A stretch of DNA of 64,000 nucleotides from Candidatus Aphodousia faecigallinarum (GTDB taxonomy: Bacteria; Pseudomonadota; Gammaproteobacteria; Burkholderiales; Burkholderiaceae_F): contig DVMY01000085.1 of the NCBI GenBank assembly GCA_018714755.1, forward strand, positions 12,222 to 76,221, written 5' to 3'. This document shows positions 9,672 to 19,429 of this stretch, piece by piece. How positions within the stretch are numbered: the stretch's first letter is position 1; each line of letters opens with the position of its first letter. The notes beneath the pieces were generated by a model that saw only the letters and a list, made by a program, of their open reading frames with translations, was not told the origin of the DNA and ran no database searches. The translations under genes and the position numbers were made by a program.

Positions 9672-11117
9672 ATGCAATGGGAAGTTGTGATTGGTCTAGA
9701 AACGCACGTTCAGCTTTCAACCAAAACGAAGATTTTCTCGGCTGCTTCAACTGATTTTGGAGCAGAACCTAACACACACGCTTGCGTCGTTGACTTAGCT
9801 TTACCCGGAACGTTGCCCGTTTTAAATAAAGGGGCGGTGGAAAAGGCCATGAAGTTCGGGTTGGCCATTGGTGCCCAAGTGGCTTCCAGGTCCATCTTTG
9901 ACCGTAAAAATTATTTTTATCCGGATTTGCCCAAGGGATACCAAATTAGTCAATTTGAGTGGCCAGTGGTTATTGGCGGACAAGTTTCTTTTATGGTCAC
10001 ACCCAAAAAGGGTGAGCCCTACATGAAGACTCTGAATTTGACACGAGCCCACCTTGAAGAAGACGCTGGCAAGAGTGTGCATGGTCTTGAAGTCGGACAA
10101 AGCGGCATTGACCTTAATCGAGCCGGGACGCCGTTACTTGAAATTGTGACAGAACCGGAATTGCGGTCGGCGGAAGAAGCGGTTGCGTACGCACGTACGT
10201 TGCATGCGTTGGTTGTCTGGCTGGGTATTAGCCACGGTGACATGCAAAACGGTAATTTCCGTTGTGACGCGAATGTCAGCGTTCGTCCGGTGGGGCAGAA
10301 GGAATTTGGAACCCGCTGCGAAATCAAGAATCTTAATTCGTTTCGGTTCCTCCAAGAAGCAATCGAATATGAGGTTCGCCGACAAATCGAACTAATTGAA
10401 GATGGGGGCAAAGTTGTCCAAGCAACACGCTTGTACAATCCTGACACGGGAGAAACCCGTGAAATGCGCTCCAAAGAAGATTCGATGGACTATCGTTATT
10501 TCCCGGATCCGGATTTGCTGCCGCTTGATATTTCAGATGAATGGCTGCAGCAGGTTCGTGCTGAGATGCCAGAATTGCCTGAGCAAATGCGAGCCCGTTT
10601 AACAAAGGATTTCGGTTTGTCAGACTATGATGCTTCCATCTTAACGTCTTCGAAACCGTTGGCGGACTACTACTTGGCGGTTGCTCAAAATGTGAGCGAC
10701 AAGAAGATTGCTGCCAATTGGGTAATGGGTGAAGTTTCTGCCGCTCTGAATCAAGAGGGCATGACGATCGAAACATTACCGGTTACCCCCGATAAGTTGT
10801 CTGCGTTAATTGGACGAGTATTAGATAACACGATCAATAATAAAGGCGCTAAGAAAATTTTCTCAGCAATAATGGAAGGTCGTTCTGAGAGTGTAGACGC
10901 CCTGATTGATCAACTGGGATTGAAGCAGATTTCAGACACTGGAGCGATTGAAAAAATTGTTGATGAAGTCATCGCTAACAATCCGAAGAATGTCGAAGAA
11001 TTCCGAGCGGGTAAAGAAAAAGCCCTCAACGGATTAGTCGGTCAAGTGATGAAAGCAAGCAAGGGGAAAGCCAACCCTGCTCAAGTCAATCAATTGTTGA
11101 GAAAGAAACTAGCTTAA
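9672..11117 (+). CDS. gatB: Asp/Glu-tRNA amidotransferase subunit B
   Basis: [37 protein letters not shown] and YRYFPDPDL motifs; start at MQWEVV. Confidence 0.97.
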   Translation: MQWEVVIGLETHVQLSTKTKIFSAASTDFGAEPNTHACVVDLALPGTLPVLNKGAVEKAMKFGLAIGAQVASRSIFDRKNYFYPDLPKGYQISQFEWPVVIGGQVSFMVTPKKGEPYMKTLNLTRAHLEEDAGKSVHGLEVGQSGIDLNRAGTPLLEIVTEPELRSAEEAVAYARTLHALVVWLGISHGDMQNGNFRCDANVSVRPVGQKEFGTRCEIKNLNSFRFLQEAIEYEVRRQIELIEDGGKVVQATRLYNPDTGETREMRSKEDSMDYRYFPDPDLLPLDISDEWLQQVRAEMPELPEQMRARLTKDFGLSDYDASILTSSKPLADYYLAVAQNVSDKKIAANWVMGEVSAALNQEGMTIETLPVTPDKLSALIGRVLDNTINNKGAKKIFSAIMEGRSESVDALIDQLGLKQISDTGAIEKIVDEVIANNPKNVEEFRAGKEKALNGLVGQVMKASKGKANPAQVNQLLRKKLA

Positions 11118-11128
11118 TTAATAGGATT

Positions 11129-11160
11129 AATCCCTTGGCCGTTTGGTCAAGGGATTGTTT
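11129..11160. terminator. intrinsic terminator between convergent gatB and pyrE
   Basis: AATCCCTTGGCC-GTTT-GGTCAAGGGATT stem-loop followed by a T-rich run. Confidence 0.75.
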
Positions 11161-11164
11161 TAAG

Positions 11165-11839
11165 TTAAGCTCCGTAGCGATCGCGGTAGGCCTGCACGGC
11201 TTGTTTGTAGTTACGGGCTTGTTGCGCCATTGGGGTGTCCTCGTCCATGAATGCCAATAAATCTTTCAAATTAATGATGGAAATAACTGGCATGTGGAAT
11301 GTGTTGATAACGTCTTGTACAGCAGAGACTTCAGTCATTTGTTCGGCATTGCCGCCCTTTTCCATACGATCGAGCGCAATTAAAACTCCGCTAGCTTGGG
11401 CTCCGGCTGCTTGAATCAATTTAACTGATTCGCGAACAGAGGTGCCGGCTGAGATGACATCATCAATAACGATCACTTTACCTTGTAAAGGGGCGCCGAT
11501 GATCATTCCACCTTCACCATGATCCTTGGCCTCTTTTCGGTTAAAGGCGTAGGGAATGTCGCAACCCATTTCGGACAATTTGACAGCAACAGCGGCGGCC
11601 AAGGGAATGCCTTTATAGGCTGGTCCGAAGATCATATCGAACTCGATTTTACCTTCTTGTCGGGCAGTCAAAAGCGTCTGCGCATAAAACTCTGCTAATT
11701 TGCCAAGCGTTTTGCCAGTATTAAACAAACCCAAGTTAAAAAAGTACGGAGAGAGTCGTCCGGCTTTTGTTTTAAATTCTCCGAAACGAAGGACATTTGT
11801 ATTAAGAGCAAATTCAATAAATTGATGTTGTAAAGACAT
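11165..11839 (-). CDS. pyrE: orotate phosphoribosyltransferase
   Basis: FKTKAGRLSPYFFN, FGPAYKGIPL, NRKEAKDHGEGG and VIDDVISAGTS motifs. Confidence 0.97.
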   Translation of the reverse strand: MSLQHQFIEFALNTNVLRFGEFKTKAGRLSPYFFNLGLFNTGKTLGKLAEFYAQTLLTARQEGKIEFDMIFGPAYKGIPLAAAVAVKLSEMGCDIPYAFNRKEAKDHGEGGMIIGAPLQGKVIVIDDVISAGTSVRESVKLIQAAGAQASGVLIALDRMEKGGNAEQMTEVSAVQDVINTFHMPVISIINLKDLLAFMDEDTPMAQQARNYKQAVQAYRDRYGA

Positions 11840-11910
11840 GATAAGGGTCCAACAAAATTCTTGATGATTCAGGATAATTACCCAAGGAACAAATTTTAAC
11901 GAGAAAAGAA

Positions 11911-12678
11911 ATGTTGCGCATTATTACTTTTAATGCAAATGGTTTGCGTTCTGCGTCCCAGAAAAAGTTTTGGGATTGGTTTGATCAGCAAAATGCTGAT
12001 ATTTTGTGTGTTCAAGAATTAAAGGGGCAGGAAGCGGATTTTAGTGAAACTGTTTTGCACGCCGATCATTACCATCTTTATATGCACACTGCTGAAAAGC
12101 GGGGTTATTCAGGTGTGGCTCTTTACAGCAAAATAAAGCCCATTAATGTTCAAATAGGATTCGGTAACGAAGAGTTTGACGCAGAGGGACGTTGCGTTCA
12201 AGCAGAATTTGAGGATTTTATTGTTGTTTCCGTCTATTTCCCGTCCGGCACCAGTTCAGACGATAGGCAAGAGGCAAAGTATCGTTTCTTGGACGCTTTT
12301 GGAAAGTTTTTAAATCAACTGCGTGCCAGGGGTAAAGAAATAGTATTTTGTGGCGATGTCAATATTGCTCATAAGGAAATTGATTTAAAGAATTGGAAAG
12401 GAAATTTAACGCATTCTGGTTTTTTACCTAAGGAACGACAATGGTTGACTGATTTATTCAGCAGCGGTTGGGTAGATGTTTTTAGACTATTGGAACCCAC
12501 AAAAGAGCAATACACGTGGTGGAGTCAGCGAGGCCAGGCAAGAGCGAAAAACGTAGGTTGGCGTATAGACTATCAAATCGCCACCCCGGCTTTTGCGAAA
12601 AAAGCATTAAAGACATTCGTTTATAGTGATGAAAAATTTTCTGATCATGCTCCGCTCTTAATTGATTATGAGGAATAG
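11911..12678 (+). CDS. xth: exodeoxyribonuclease III (AP endonuclease)
   Basis: NANGLR, CVQELK, GYSGVA, GDVNIAH, WRIDY and SDHAP catalytic motifs all intact. Confidence 0.92.
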   Translation: MLRIITFNANGLRSASQKKFWDWFDQQNADILCVQELKGQEADFSETVLHADHYHLYMHTAEKRGYSGVALYSKIKPINVQIGFGNEEFDAEGRCVQAEFEDFIVVSVYFPSGTSSDDRQEAKYRFLDAFGKFLNQLRARGKEIVFCGDVNIAHKEIDLKNWKGNLTHSGFLPKERQWLTDLFSSGWVDVFRLLEPTKEQYTWWSQRGQARAKNVGWRIDYQIATPAFAKKALKTFVYSDEKFSDHAPLLIDYEE

Positions 12679-12680
12679 GG

Positions 12681-13370
12681 ATGCAACTCGAGCAAGTGCT
12701 TTTTACGCAGGGCTTTGGAACCCGCCATGAGTGCCGGGGGCTGATTGTTAACGGACGAGTTAGTGTAAACAATGAGATCCTGAGGGATCCCTATCAAGAG
12801 GTGCAGACCGCTGATTTAATTTTTTGCGTGGACGGCACGCCTTGGCCCTATTTAGAAAAAGCGATCGTGGCGTTAAATAAACCGGCCGGTTACGAGTGCT
12901 CGCGCAAGCCGATCCATCATCCTTCGGTTCTTTCTTTGTTACCGGCTCCTTTAAGGAATCGGGGAGTGCAGCCCGTTGGTCGTTTGGATGAGGATACAAC
13001 GGGGTTATTGATTTTGACTGACGATGGGGTGTTATTACATCGTTTGACTCATCCAAAAAGACATGTTTCTAAAACATATCGTGTTGGCGTGAAACACGTA
13101 ATGACTGAATCAATGCTGCAAAAGCTTCTTGAAGGAGTGTTTTTGGCTGGGGAAAACCAACCTGTTGCCGCGACACATGTTCAGTTAATTGAAGAACGAA
13201 TTTTTGAAATGAGCATTACCCAAGGGAAATACCATCAAGTCAAGCGCATGGTGGCCGCGGTTGGTAATCGGGTACACAGTTTGCATCGTGTGGCATTCGG
13301 AAAGTTTTCGTTGCCAGACACTTTGCCTAGTTCTCGCTGGTGTTTTATTAACAAAGAGGATTTGCTTTAA
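12681..13370 (+). CDS. rsuA: 16S rRNA pseudouridine(516) synthase, RsuA family
   Basis: S4 domain, NKPAGY, VGRLDEDTTGLLILTDDG, GKYHQVKRM. Confidence 0.88.
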   Translation: MQLEQVLFTQGFGTRHECRGLIVNGRVSVNNEILRDPYQEVQTADLIFCVDGTPWPYLEKAIVALNKPAGYECSRKPIHHPSVLSLLPAPLRNRGVQPVGRLDEDTTGLLILTDDGVLLHRLTHPKRHVSKTYRVGVKHVMTESMLQKLLEGVFLAGENQPVAATHVQLIEERIFEMSITQGKYHQVKRMVAAVGNRVHSLHRVAFGKFSLPDTLPSSRWCFINKEDLL

Positions 13371-13372
13371 AA

Positions 13373-14758
13373 ATGTCGCAACCCATTTCGAAGACCCAGT
13401 CTTGGTTGACGGCCTTGTCTGTTTATACAAGGCCTCAGGCTTTGCGCATGTTCTTCTTGGGTTTTTCTTCCGGTCTGCCTCTGCTTTTGGTGTTGGGGAC
13501 ACTTTCGTTTTGGTTGCGTGAAGCTCAAATTGAGCTCAGCACCATAGGAATGGTCACATGGGTTGGTTTGGCTTATGGGTTTAAGTGGGCTTGGGCCCCA
13601 TTGGTTGATCGGTTTGAATTGCCGCTATTGGGTAAACTCCTCGGGCGCCGTCGTTCTTGGTTGTTATTCTCACAATGTGTGGTGTTGATGAGCTTGATGG
13701 CCATGGGTTTTTGTGACCCACAAAAGAATTTCGGGGTGATGATTTGTTTTACCGCTCTGACCGCTTTTGCTTCCGCCACTCAAGATATCGCCTTGGATGC
13801 CTACCGTATTGAATGCGCAGAACTTTCGGAGCAGGCGGCATTGGCCGCCACTTATCAAACGGGTTATCGGTTGGCCATGATATGGGCAGGAGCGGGAGCC
13901 CTAGCCCTGGCAGCCTATTTTTCTGATAACTCATTGGCCTATGACCCTCAGGCCTGGCATCTGGCTTATTGTGTCATGGCCGCAACGATGTTGGTGGGGA
14001 TTTCCACAGTTTTGCTCTCTCCTGAACCCCAACAAGGTGCAAAACACGAAACCCAGCGGCAAACTATCGCACGAAGACAGCTTTGTCAGAAAAAACACCC
14101 ATTTTGGTCAGAAAAAAGAGTTCATTTATCGGTTTGGTTTTACGAGGCCGCGTGTTTGCCTTTTATCGATTTCTTCTCACGTTTTCGTTGGCATGCTTTA
14201 ATCATTCTTTTATTAATAGCAACTTACCGTATTTCCGATGTTGTCATGGGGGTGATGGCGAATCCTTTTTATCAGGACTTGGGTTTTACGAAGCAGGAAG
14301 TGGCGGCGGTTTCTAAAGTATTCGGTGTTGTGATGACTCTTTTAGGAGCCTTTATCGGTGGGATAATCAGCGCCAAATGGGGAGTGATGAAAACGCTTTT
14401 CTTGGGAGGTTTGCTATCGGCACTGACAAATTTATTATTTTCGTGGTTGGCTCTCCAGGGGCATCATTTACCCTATTTGGTTATGACGGTTAGCGCGGAT
14501 AATTTAGCTGCTGGGATTGCCTCAGTTGCTTTTTTGGCCTACCTTTCTGGTTTAACCAATGTGGCCTATACTGCGACACAGTATGCGTTGTTTAGCTCGG
14601 TTATGCTTCTGTTGCCTAAGTTTTTAGCGGGCTTCTCAGGCTTCATAGTTGAAAGCATTGGCTATAGCCTGTTCTTTGTCTCCACGGCTTTGATGGGAGT
14701 GCCGGTTTTAGTGTTAGTTGTTTGGGCAGCGCGCTTCAGAGAAAAAGTGAAAAGTTAG
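13373..14758 (+). CDS. ampG: muropeptide MFS transporter AmpG
   Basis: LGFSSGLP, KWAWAPLVD, GRRRSW, SATQDIALDAYRIE and TATQYALFSS motifs. Confidence 0.93.
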   Translation: MSQPISKTQSWLTALSVYTRPQALRMFFLGFSSGLPLLLVLGTLSFWLREAQIELSTIGMVTWVGLAYGFKWAWAPLVDRFELPLLGKLLGRRRSWLLFSQCVVLMSLMAMGFCDPQKNFGVMICFTALTAFASATQDIALDAYRIECAELSEQAALAATYQTGYRLAMIWAGAGALALAAYFSDNSLAYDPQAWHLAYCVMAATMLVGISTVLLSPEPQQGAKHETQRQTIARRQLCQKKHPFWSEKRVHLSVWFYEAACLPFIDFFSRFRWHALIILLLIATYRISDVVMGVMANPFYQDLGFTKQEVAAVSKVFGVVMTLLGAFIGGIISAKWGVMKTLFLGGLLSALTNLLFSWLALQGHHLPYLVMTVSADNLAAGIASVAFLAYLSGLTNVAYTATQYALFSSVMLLLPKFLAGFSGFIVESIGYSLFFVSTALMGVPVLVLVVWAARFREKVKS

Positions 14759-15423
14759 CGGTGCCGTCTTGTTTGTTTCTTTGGGTTGCTTGGTGTTTTT
14801 TTGTTTGCAAAACCTCTTGTAACGGCTGCGACTTGCTTAATACATAAAGCCATATCTTCAATTGCATCATCTAAATTTTCAAGCGGTGAATCGGATAGCA
14901 GTTCGTCTCGGACAGGGGCGAAATCGCCGATTTCATCATCAGGTAAATGCCGCCAAATGCCGATAAGTGACGAGGCGACGGCAGGTTCTTCCGAATCGAG
15001 CAAGCCTGGCCAAGTTTGCGCCGCCGTTAAAAAACCGGAGGCAAACGGTTTTAAAGCAACTAACTCTTCTTCACCGTGCAAGGGATTTCCGTTATCATCT
15101 TCAGGGTCATACACAATAGGATCGATCGGTTGTAGGTGAGCCAATCGGTAATTGATTTCCTTGTATCGCCTGTACAAAAGTTCTTCCAAAAGTGTTTGCT
15201 TTTGTTCTTCGAGCGATGAACTTGTCGCACCTGGAGCGCAGAAAATCAAGGGCATCCACTCCGACGGACTAATTTCCTGCGGCAGCAGGCAAAGGGCGGT
15301 TAAAAAACCATCGGCCTGAGAGGCATCCATGGCGAGGCTTTTTTCATCAATTTGACTGAGTAGCTCGTCAAGCAAAACAAATTCGTTTTCTTTTAATGCC
15401 GGATTGGAAGAAGTGTGCGTCAT
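14755..15423 (-). CDS. YecA/UPF0149 family protein
   Basis: MDASQADGFLTAL...PSEWMPLIF pattern; acidic; no SEC-C motif at the C-terminus. Confidence 0.75.
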   Translation of the reverse strand: MTHTSSNPALKENEFVLLDELLSQIDEKSLAMDASQADGFLTALCLLPQEISPSEWMPLIFCAPGATSSSLEEQKQTLLEELLYRRYKEINYRLAHLQPIDPIVYDPEDDNGNPLHGEEELVALKPFASGFLTAAQTWPGLLDSEEPAVASSLIGIWRHLPDDEIGDFAPVRDELLSDSPLENLDDAIEDMALCIKQVAAVTRGFANKKTPSNPKKQTRRHR

Positions 15424-15501
15424 GGGACTAAACAAAAGTGAAGGATGCCGAGATTATAAATCGGCGTCACTATCTAACGAAAATTTAAAAGGATCAAAAA
15501 T

Positions 15502-15828
15502 ATGGGAGTGATCGTTTTTCGTTCAAAGGCAAGCGGTGAAGTGATTATGATGAGAGGGCACGTTGAACCGGTATTTAAGGACGCCGGCATTATTTTTCAT
15601 GAAAAAGGTGCGTTTCTAGCAGAGGATTTGCCTGGCGTTATTGCTTCCTTAGAGACTGTGATTGAAAGGCTCGCGCAATGTGAAGTTCCTGAGGATGAGG
15701 ACGAGGCTAAGGAAAAACCGGCCATGTTGGCAAACGTGGCTATCAAAACTCGGTTTTATGCTTTGATGAAGCTATTGCGAAAAGCTTGCGACAAAAAAGT
15801 CAATGTACATTGGGAGCCGTTGAATTAG
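15502..15828 (+). CDS. DUF1840 family protein
   Basis: IVFRSKASGEVIM...G...AE...RFY.L..LL..A....V.W pattern recalled for betaproteobacterial DUF1840. Confidence 0.7.
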   Translation: MGVIVFRSKASGEVIMMRGHVEPVFKDAGIIFHEKGAFLAEDLPGVIASLETVIERLAQCEVPEDEDEAKEKPAMLANVAIKTRFYALMKLLRKACDKKVNVHWEPLN

Positions 15829-17297
15829 TTACTCCAGAATGATCGAGTAAAGATCACAAATACCGTAAACAGTTCAAGACGACCGACAAACATGCAGAAA
15901 GATCCGACCCAAAGATGCACAGGGTTGCAGGCCGCGTAGTTATGCGCGGGGCCAACCGAGCCCAAGCCTGGTCCGGTATTGGCTATGCAGGCAAGCACTG
16001 TCGAAAAGGCCTCAACGAGATTGACACCGGACATCATGATAATGAGCGTGCAAATAATGACAACGGAGACGTGAAGGGCGAAGAAAGCAGAAACAGTAGC
16101 GGCTAAATTTTCAGAAATGGTGTGTTTACCCAATCGAAGGGGTAAAAAATCGCGAGGTCTCAGTAACGTGTGAAGGCATAAAATGGCTCGCTTCATAAAG
16201 ATCAATAAGCGAATCATTTTTACACCCCCGCCGGTTGAACCAGAGCAAGAAGCAAACAAACTGCCGATTAAAAGCAAAAACCCTAGAGATGATGGCCAAA
16301 GTTCATAATTTTCGGTCGTGTAGCCGGTGGTTGAAAGCAACGAGGCAACATTAAAAAGAGAATGGCGCAAAGTTATTTGCCAGGTCGGGTAAACCTGATT
16401 AATTGTTAAAACGCCGAAAACGATCGCCACCGCTATCAATAGCGCGATGATCCAAGCTCTGGCTTCAATATCAGTGAAATAAGATGAGATTGAGCGTTGA
16501 CGCCAAGCGGTGAAGTGCAAAGAAAAATTAAATCCAGAAAAAACGATAAAGGCAACCGCAACCATCTCAATAGCCGCCGAATTGAAGTATCCGATACTTT
16601 GATCATAGGGGGTGATGCCGCTTAAACTCATTGTGGTAAACATAAACATGACGGCATCGTCCCAACTCATCCCGGCCCAATGGTAGGCCGCCGCACAGGC
16701 GATAGAAGCTAAAATGTAAATGCCGTAAAGCGCTTTGGCTGTATCTGCGATGCGAGGTGTTAAACGGTCATCCTTGAAGAGATTGGAATTTTCCACTTTA
16801 AACAGTTGAGCTCCACCCACTCCGAGTAGCGGAAGGATCGCAACGGCCAACACGATGATCCCCATGCCGCCCAACCAAGATAAAAGGCATCGCCAATAGT
16901 TTAGCGATAGGGGAAGCTCATCGAGATTGTTGATGGCAGTAGCACCCGTGGTTGTCAAGCAGGATACCGCTTCAAAAAATATACGGTAGTAGGGGATCTC
17001 AGGCAAAAGCAATGCCAATGGCAATGAACCGAATAAAACTGCGGAAAACCATGACAGAGTTACGAGCAAGAACCCGTCCCTAGGTTCCAACTCTCTTCGA
17101 AAGCGCCTTGTGGACAATAAGAAAAGCAAACCGCAAAATAGGCTGATAGCTGCGGATGTGAAGAACTCGTTTAAAACATTTTCTCCTTCACGAAAAGCGA
17201 TTCCAATAGGAACTAACTGAGCCAGGGCCAATATGATCAATAATGGTCCCAAGGCGTTCAGTACCGGGAAAAGCAATCGTTCCAGAGTGCGAAACAT
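15825..17297 (-). CDS. trkH: Trk system potassium uptake protein TrkH
   Basis: FFEAVSCLTTTGAT, WLGGMGIIVLAVAILP, GSTGGGVK and GRLE motifs. Confidence 0.95.
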   Translation of the reverse strand: MFRTLERLLFPVLNALGPLLIILALAQLVPIGIAFREGENVLNEFFTSAAISLFCGLLFLLSTRRFRRELEPRDGFLLVTLSWFSAVLFGSLPLALLLPEIPYYRIFFEAVSCLTTTGATAINNLDELPLSLNYWRCLLSWLGGMGIIVLAVAILPLLGVGGAQLFKVENSNLFKDDRLTPRIADTAKALYGIYILASIACAAAYHWAGMSWDDAVMFMFTTMSLSGITPYDQSIGYFNSAAIEMVAVAFIVFSGFNFSLHFTAWRQRSISSYFTDIEARAWIIALLIAVAIVFGVLTINQVYPTWQITLRHSLFNVASLLSTTGYTTENYELWPSSLGFLLLIGSLFASCSGSTGGGVKMIRLLIFMKRAILCLHTLLRPRDFLPLRLGKHTISENLAATVSAFFALHVSVVIICTLIIMMSGVNLVEAFSTVLACIANTGPGLGSVGPAHNYAACNPVHLWVGSFCMFVGRLELFTVFVIFTRSFWSN

Positions 17298-17308
17298 GAT
17301 CTTTACTC

Positions 17309-18706
17309 TTAGAAGAAGCCGACATCGACTTCAAAAAGATGTTCAATACGTTGGATAACTTTCTTGTTGGGAACAAATAAAATCAGGTGATCGTCATCCA
17401 TAACATTTAAATCGGGTTCGGCCATCAGCACCTCTGCCTCATCGCCTTCCCCCCGAACAATCGCACCGACAGACACTCCTTTCGGGAAGGCTATGTCTCG
17501 GAGAGCCTTGCCGACAACTTTTGAACTTTTTTTCGTTCCATGGGCGATGATTTCCAAAGCCTCGGCTTTATCTTGATAGAGTTCTTGAGCATTAACAACA
17601 TCGCCGTAACGAATGTGGCGCAGCAATTCACCCAAAGAGGCCTGGGTAGGTGAAACGGTCACGTCAACTTCTGTTCCCCTCACAAGATCAGAGTACACTT
17701 GATTTTCCAGCAGAACGATACTGCGTTTAGCTCCTAAACGCTTGGCTAAAAGTGCCGTCATGATGTTTGTTTCATCGTTGTTGGAAAGAGCAACCACGAC
17801 ATCAGCTTGATCGATCCCTTCCTGCATTAACGCCAAAGTATCGTCATGTTTAACTAGAGACACAGAAACCTTGCTGCTACTGAATCGTTTGGAGAGGTCG
17901 GCAGCTACCGCTTCTTTCCCTTCGAAAATCTTAATTCTTCGTTTTGAGCGTGTCGGCTCTAATTTATGAGTTAAAAGCCCTGACAATTCCCCTCCGTTTA
18001 GCAGGACAATTGTTTCGGCTTTTTCAAAGGGATGCAGTGCTTCGATGACCGTTTCGGCACAGTCGCTGGAGACTAAAACGGTGATCTCATCGTCAGTCTC
18101 AATGACGGTATCATTGCGGCACTCCAATCGACGATTGCGTCGATAAATGGAAATGAACCGCATTTTGACTTGAGGTAAAAGACGGAACGCCTCTTCAAGC
18201 GTTTTTCCTGTTAACGGGGCATCTTGCGTCGAATTGACTGTGAAAAGTGTGAGTTTGTCATCAGCAAAATTTAAAACCTGCTGAGCGGCGGGGAAGGCGA
18301 TTAATTTAGAAAATTGAGTGGCTAACGCTTGCTCAGGCCAAATAATACTCGTGGCCCGGAAACCTTCTTCTCCGAGAATTCGGGGGTAATGCCTGAGCTC
18401 TCCGTCGCGGACTCTGGCAATTCGCATGGGAATGTTAAAAATTTGAGCCGCCAGCGTACAGGCGACCAAATTAGTTTCGTCGTTGGCGGTAACAGCAATC
18501 AATAAGTCGGAATCCATGGCGCCCGCGCTGCTGAGTACGGATGGGGAACTGGCATTGCCGACAACCCCTCTCAGGTCAAATCGTTCCTGCAGCTGCGCGA
18601 TGCGATCGGCAGATTCGTCAACAACAGTGATATCGTTGGCGTCACTAACCAATGTCTCTGCTACCGATCGACCAACTCGGCCTGCTCCCAAAATTAAAAT
18701 TTTCAT
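17309..18706 (-). CDS. trkA: Trk system potassium transporter TrkA
   Basis: N-terminal GAGRVG Rossmann motif, two RCK repeats; adjacent to trkH. Confidence 0.93.
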   Translation of the reverse strand: MKILILGAGRVGRSVAETLVSDANDITVVDESADRIAQLQERFDLRGVVGNASSPSVLSSAGAMDSDLLIAVTANDETNLVACTLAAQIFNIPMRIARVRDGELRHYPRILGEEGFRATSIIWPEQALATQFSKLIAFPAAQQVLNFADDKLTLFTVNSTQDAPLTGKTLEEAFRLLPQVKMRFISIYRRNRRLECRNDTVIETDDEITVLVSSDCAETVIEALHPFEKAETIVLLNGGELSGLLTHKLEPTRSKRRIKIFEGKEAVAADLSKRFSSSKVSVSLVKHDDTLALMQEGIDQADVVVALSNNDETNIMTALLAKRLGAKRSIVLLENQVYSDLVRGTEVDVTVSPTQASLGELLRHIRYGDVVNAQELYQDKAEALEIIAHGTKKSSKVVGKALRDIAFPKGVSVGAIVRGEGDEAEVLMAEPDLNVMDDDHLILFVPNKKVIQRIEHLFEVDVGFF

Positions 18707-18754
18707 AGGCTATCGCGAAAGTCTTAAAAAACAGCGTGTCCCAAAGCGGAAAAT

Positions 18755-19402
18755 TTAGTGTTCATCCTTAGACCATTCGATTCCTAATTGTCGCAGTTTT
18801 CTATACAGGTGAGTGCGTTCAAGTTGCGCTTTGGTGGCCACTCGAGTCATGCTGTAATTTTCCTGTTCCAAGAGGTGGGAAAAATACGCGCGTTCAAATT
18901 GGTCTCGAGCTTCTCTTAATGGAAGCGAAAAATCTATCTGATCAACTAAAGAAGACGATGGATGGCTTGGCTGATTTTCCTTCTCAGTTGGAGCCGGAGC
19001 CGATTGTCTTGTGAGGACAACAGTTTGCTCCATATTTTGTTTGGCAGCTAAGGCGGCACGCAACGCTTCCGTTAATGTTTTTATGGAAGTGGGCTTTTCA
19101 AGGAAAGAGTAAGCTCCAAACTTTGTTGCCTCGACAGCCATGTCAATATTTGCATGTCCTGACATCATGATGACAGGACAAGGCAGAGGCCCCTGCGAGG
19201 CCCATTCTTTCAATAATGACATACCGTCTGTGTCGGGCATCCAAATGTCGAGCAGAATAACATCGGGCGAACACGAGCGCAAAGCCTGGCGGGCCTCTAC
19301 GCTATTGGCCGCAACGGTTACGGTATATCCTTCATCGGAAAGAATTTCGCTGAAAAGCTCGCGAATTCCGATTTCATCATCTACAACAAGAACGTTTGCC
19401 AT
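18755..19402 (-). CDS. NtrX/PlrR-type response regulator (REC + Fis HTH, no AAA+ domain)
   Basis: VLVVDDE, LLDIWMPDTDG, MMSGH, then LREARDQFERAY...ERTHLYRKLRQLGI. Confidence 0.88.
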   Translation of the reverse strand: MANVLVVDDEIGIRELFSEILSDEGYTVTVAANSVEARQALRSCSPDVILLDIWMPDTDGMSLLKEWASQGPLPCPVIMMSGHANIDMAVEATKFGAYSFLEKPTSIKTLTEALRAALAAKQNMEQTVVLTRQSAPAPTEKENQPSHPSSSLVDQIDFSLPLREARDQFERAYFSHLLEQENYSMTRVATKAQLERTHLYRKLRQLGIEWSKDEH

Positions 19403-19429
19403 GTAAAAAACTTGAGTCTGAGATCACGG

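Noticed and set aside
11911-12678. Crc (catabolite repression control), suggested by adjacency to pyrE
   Set aside because: All ExoIII catalytic motifs (QE, GDxN, RIDY, SDH) are intact, unlike Pseudomonas Crc.
15444-15468. Inverted repeat GATGCCGA-N9-TCGGCGTC between divergent genes; also the palindrome AACTTTTTTCGGAAAAAGTT at 26926-26945
   Set aside because: Short and single-copy with no recognisable operator consensus; not distinguishable from chance or weak terminators.
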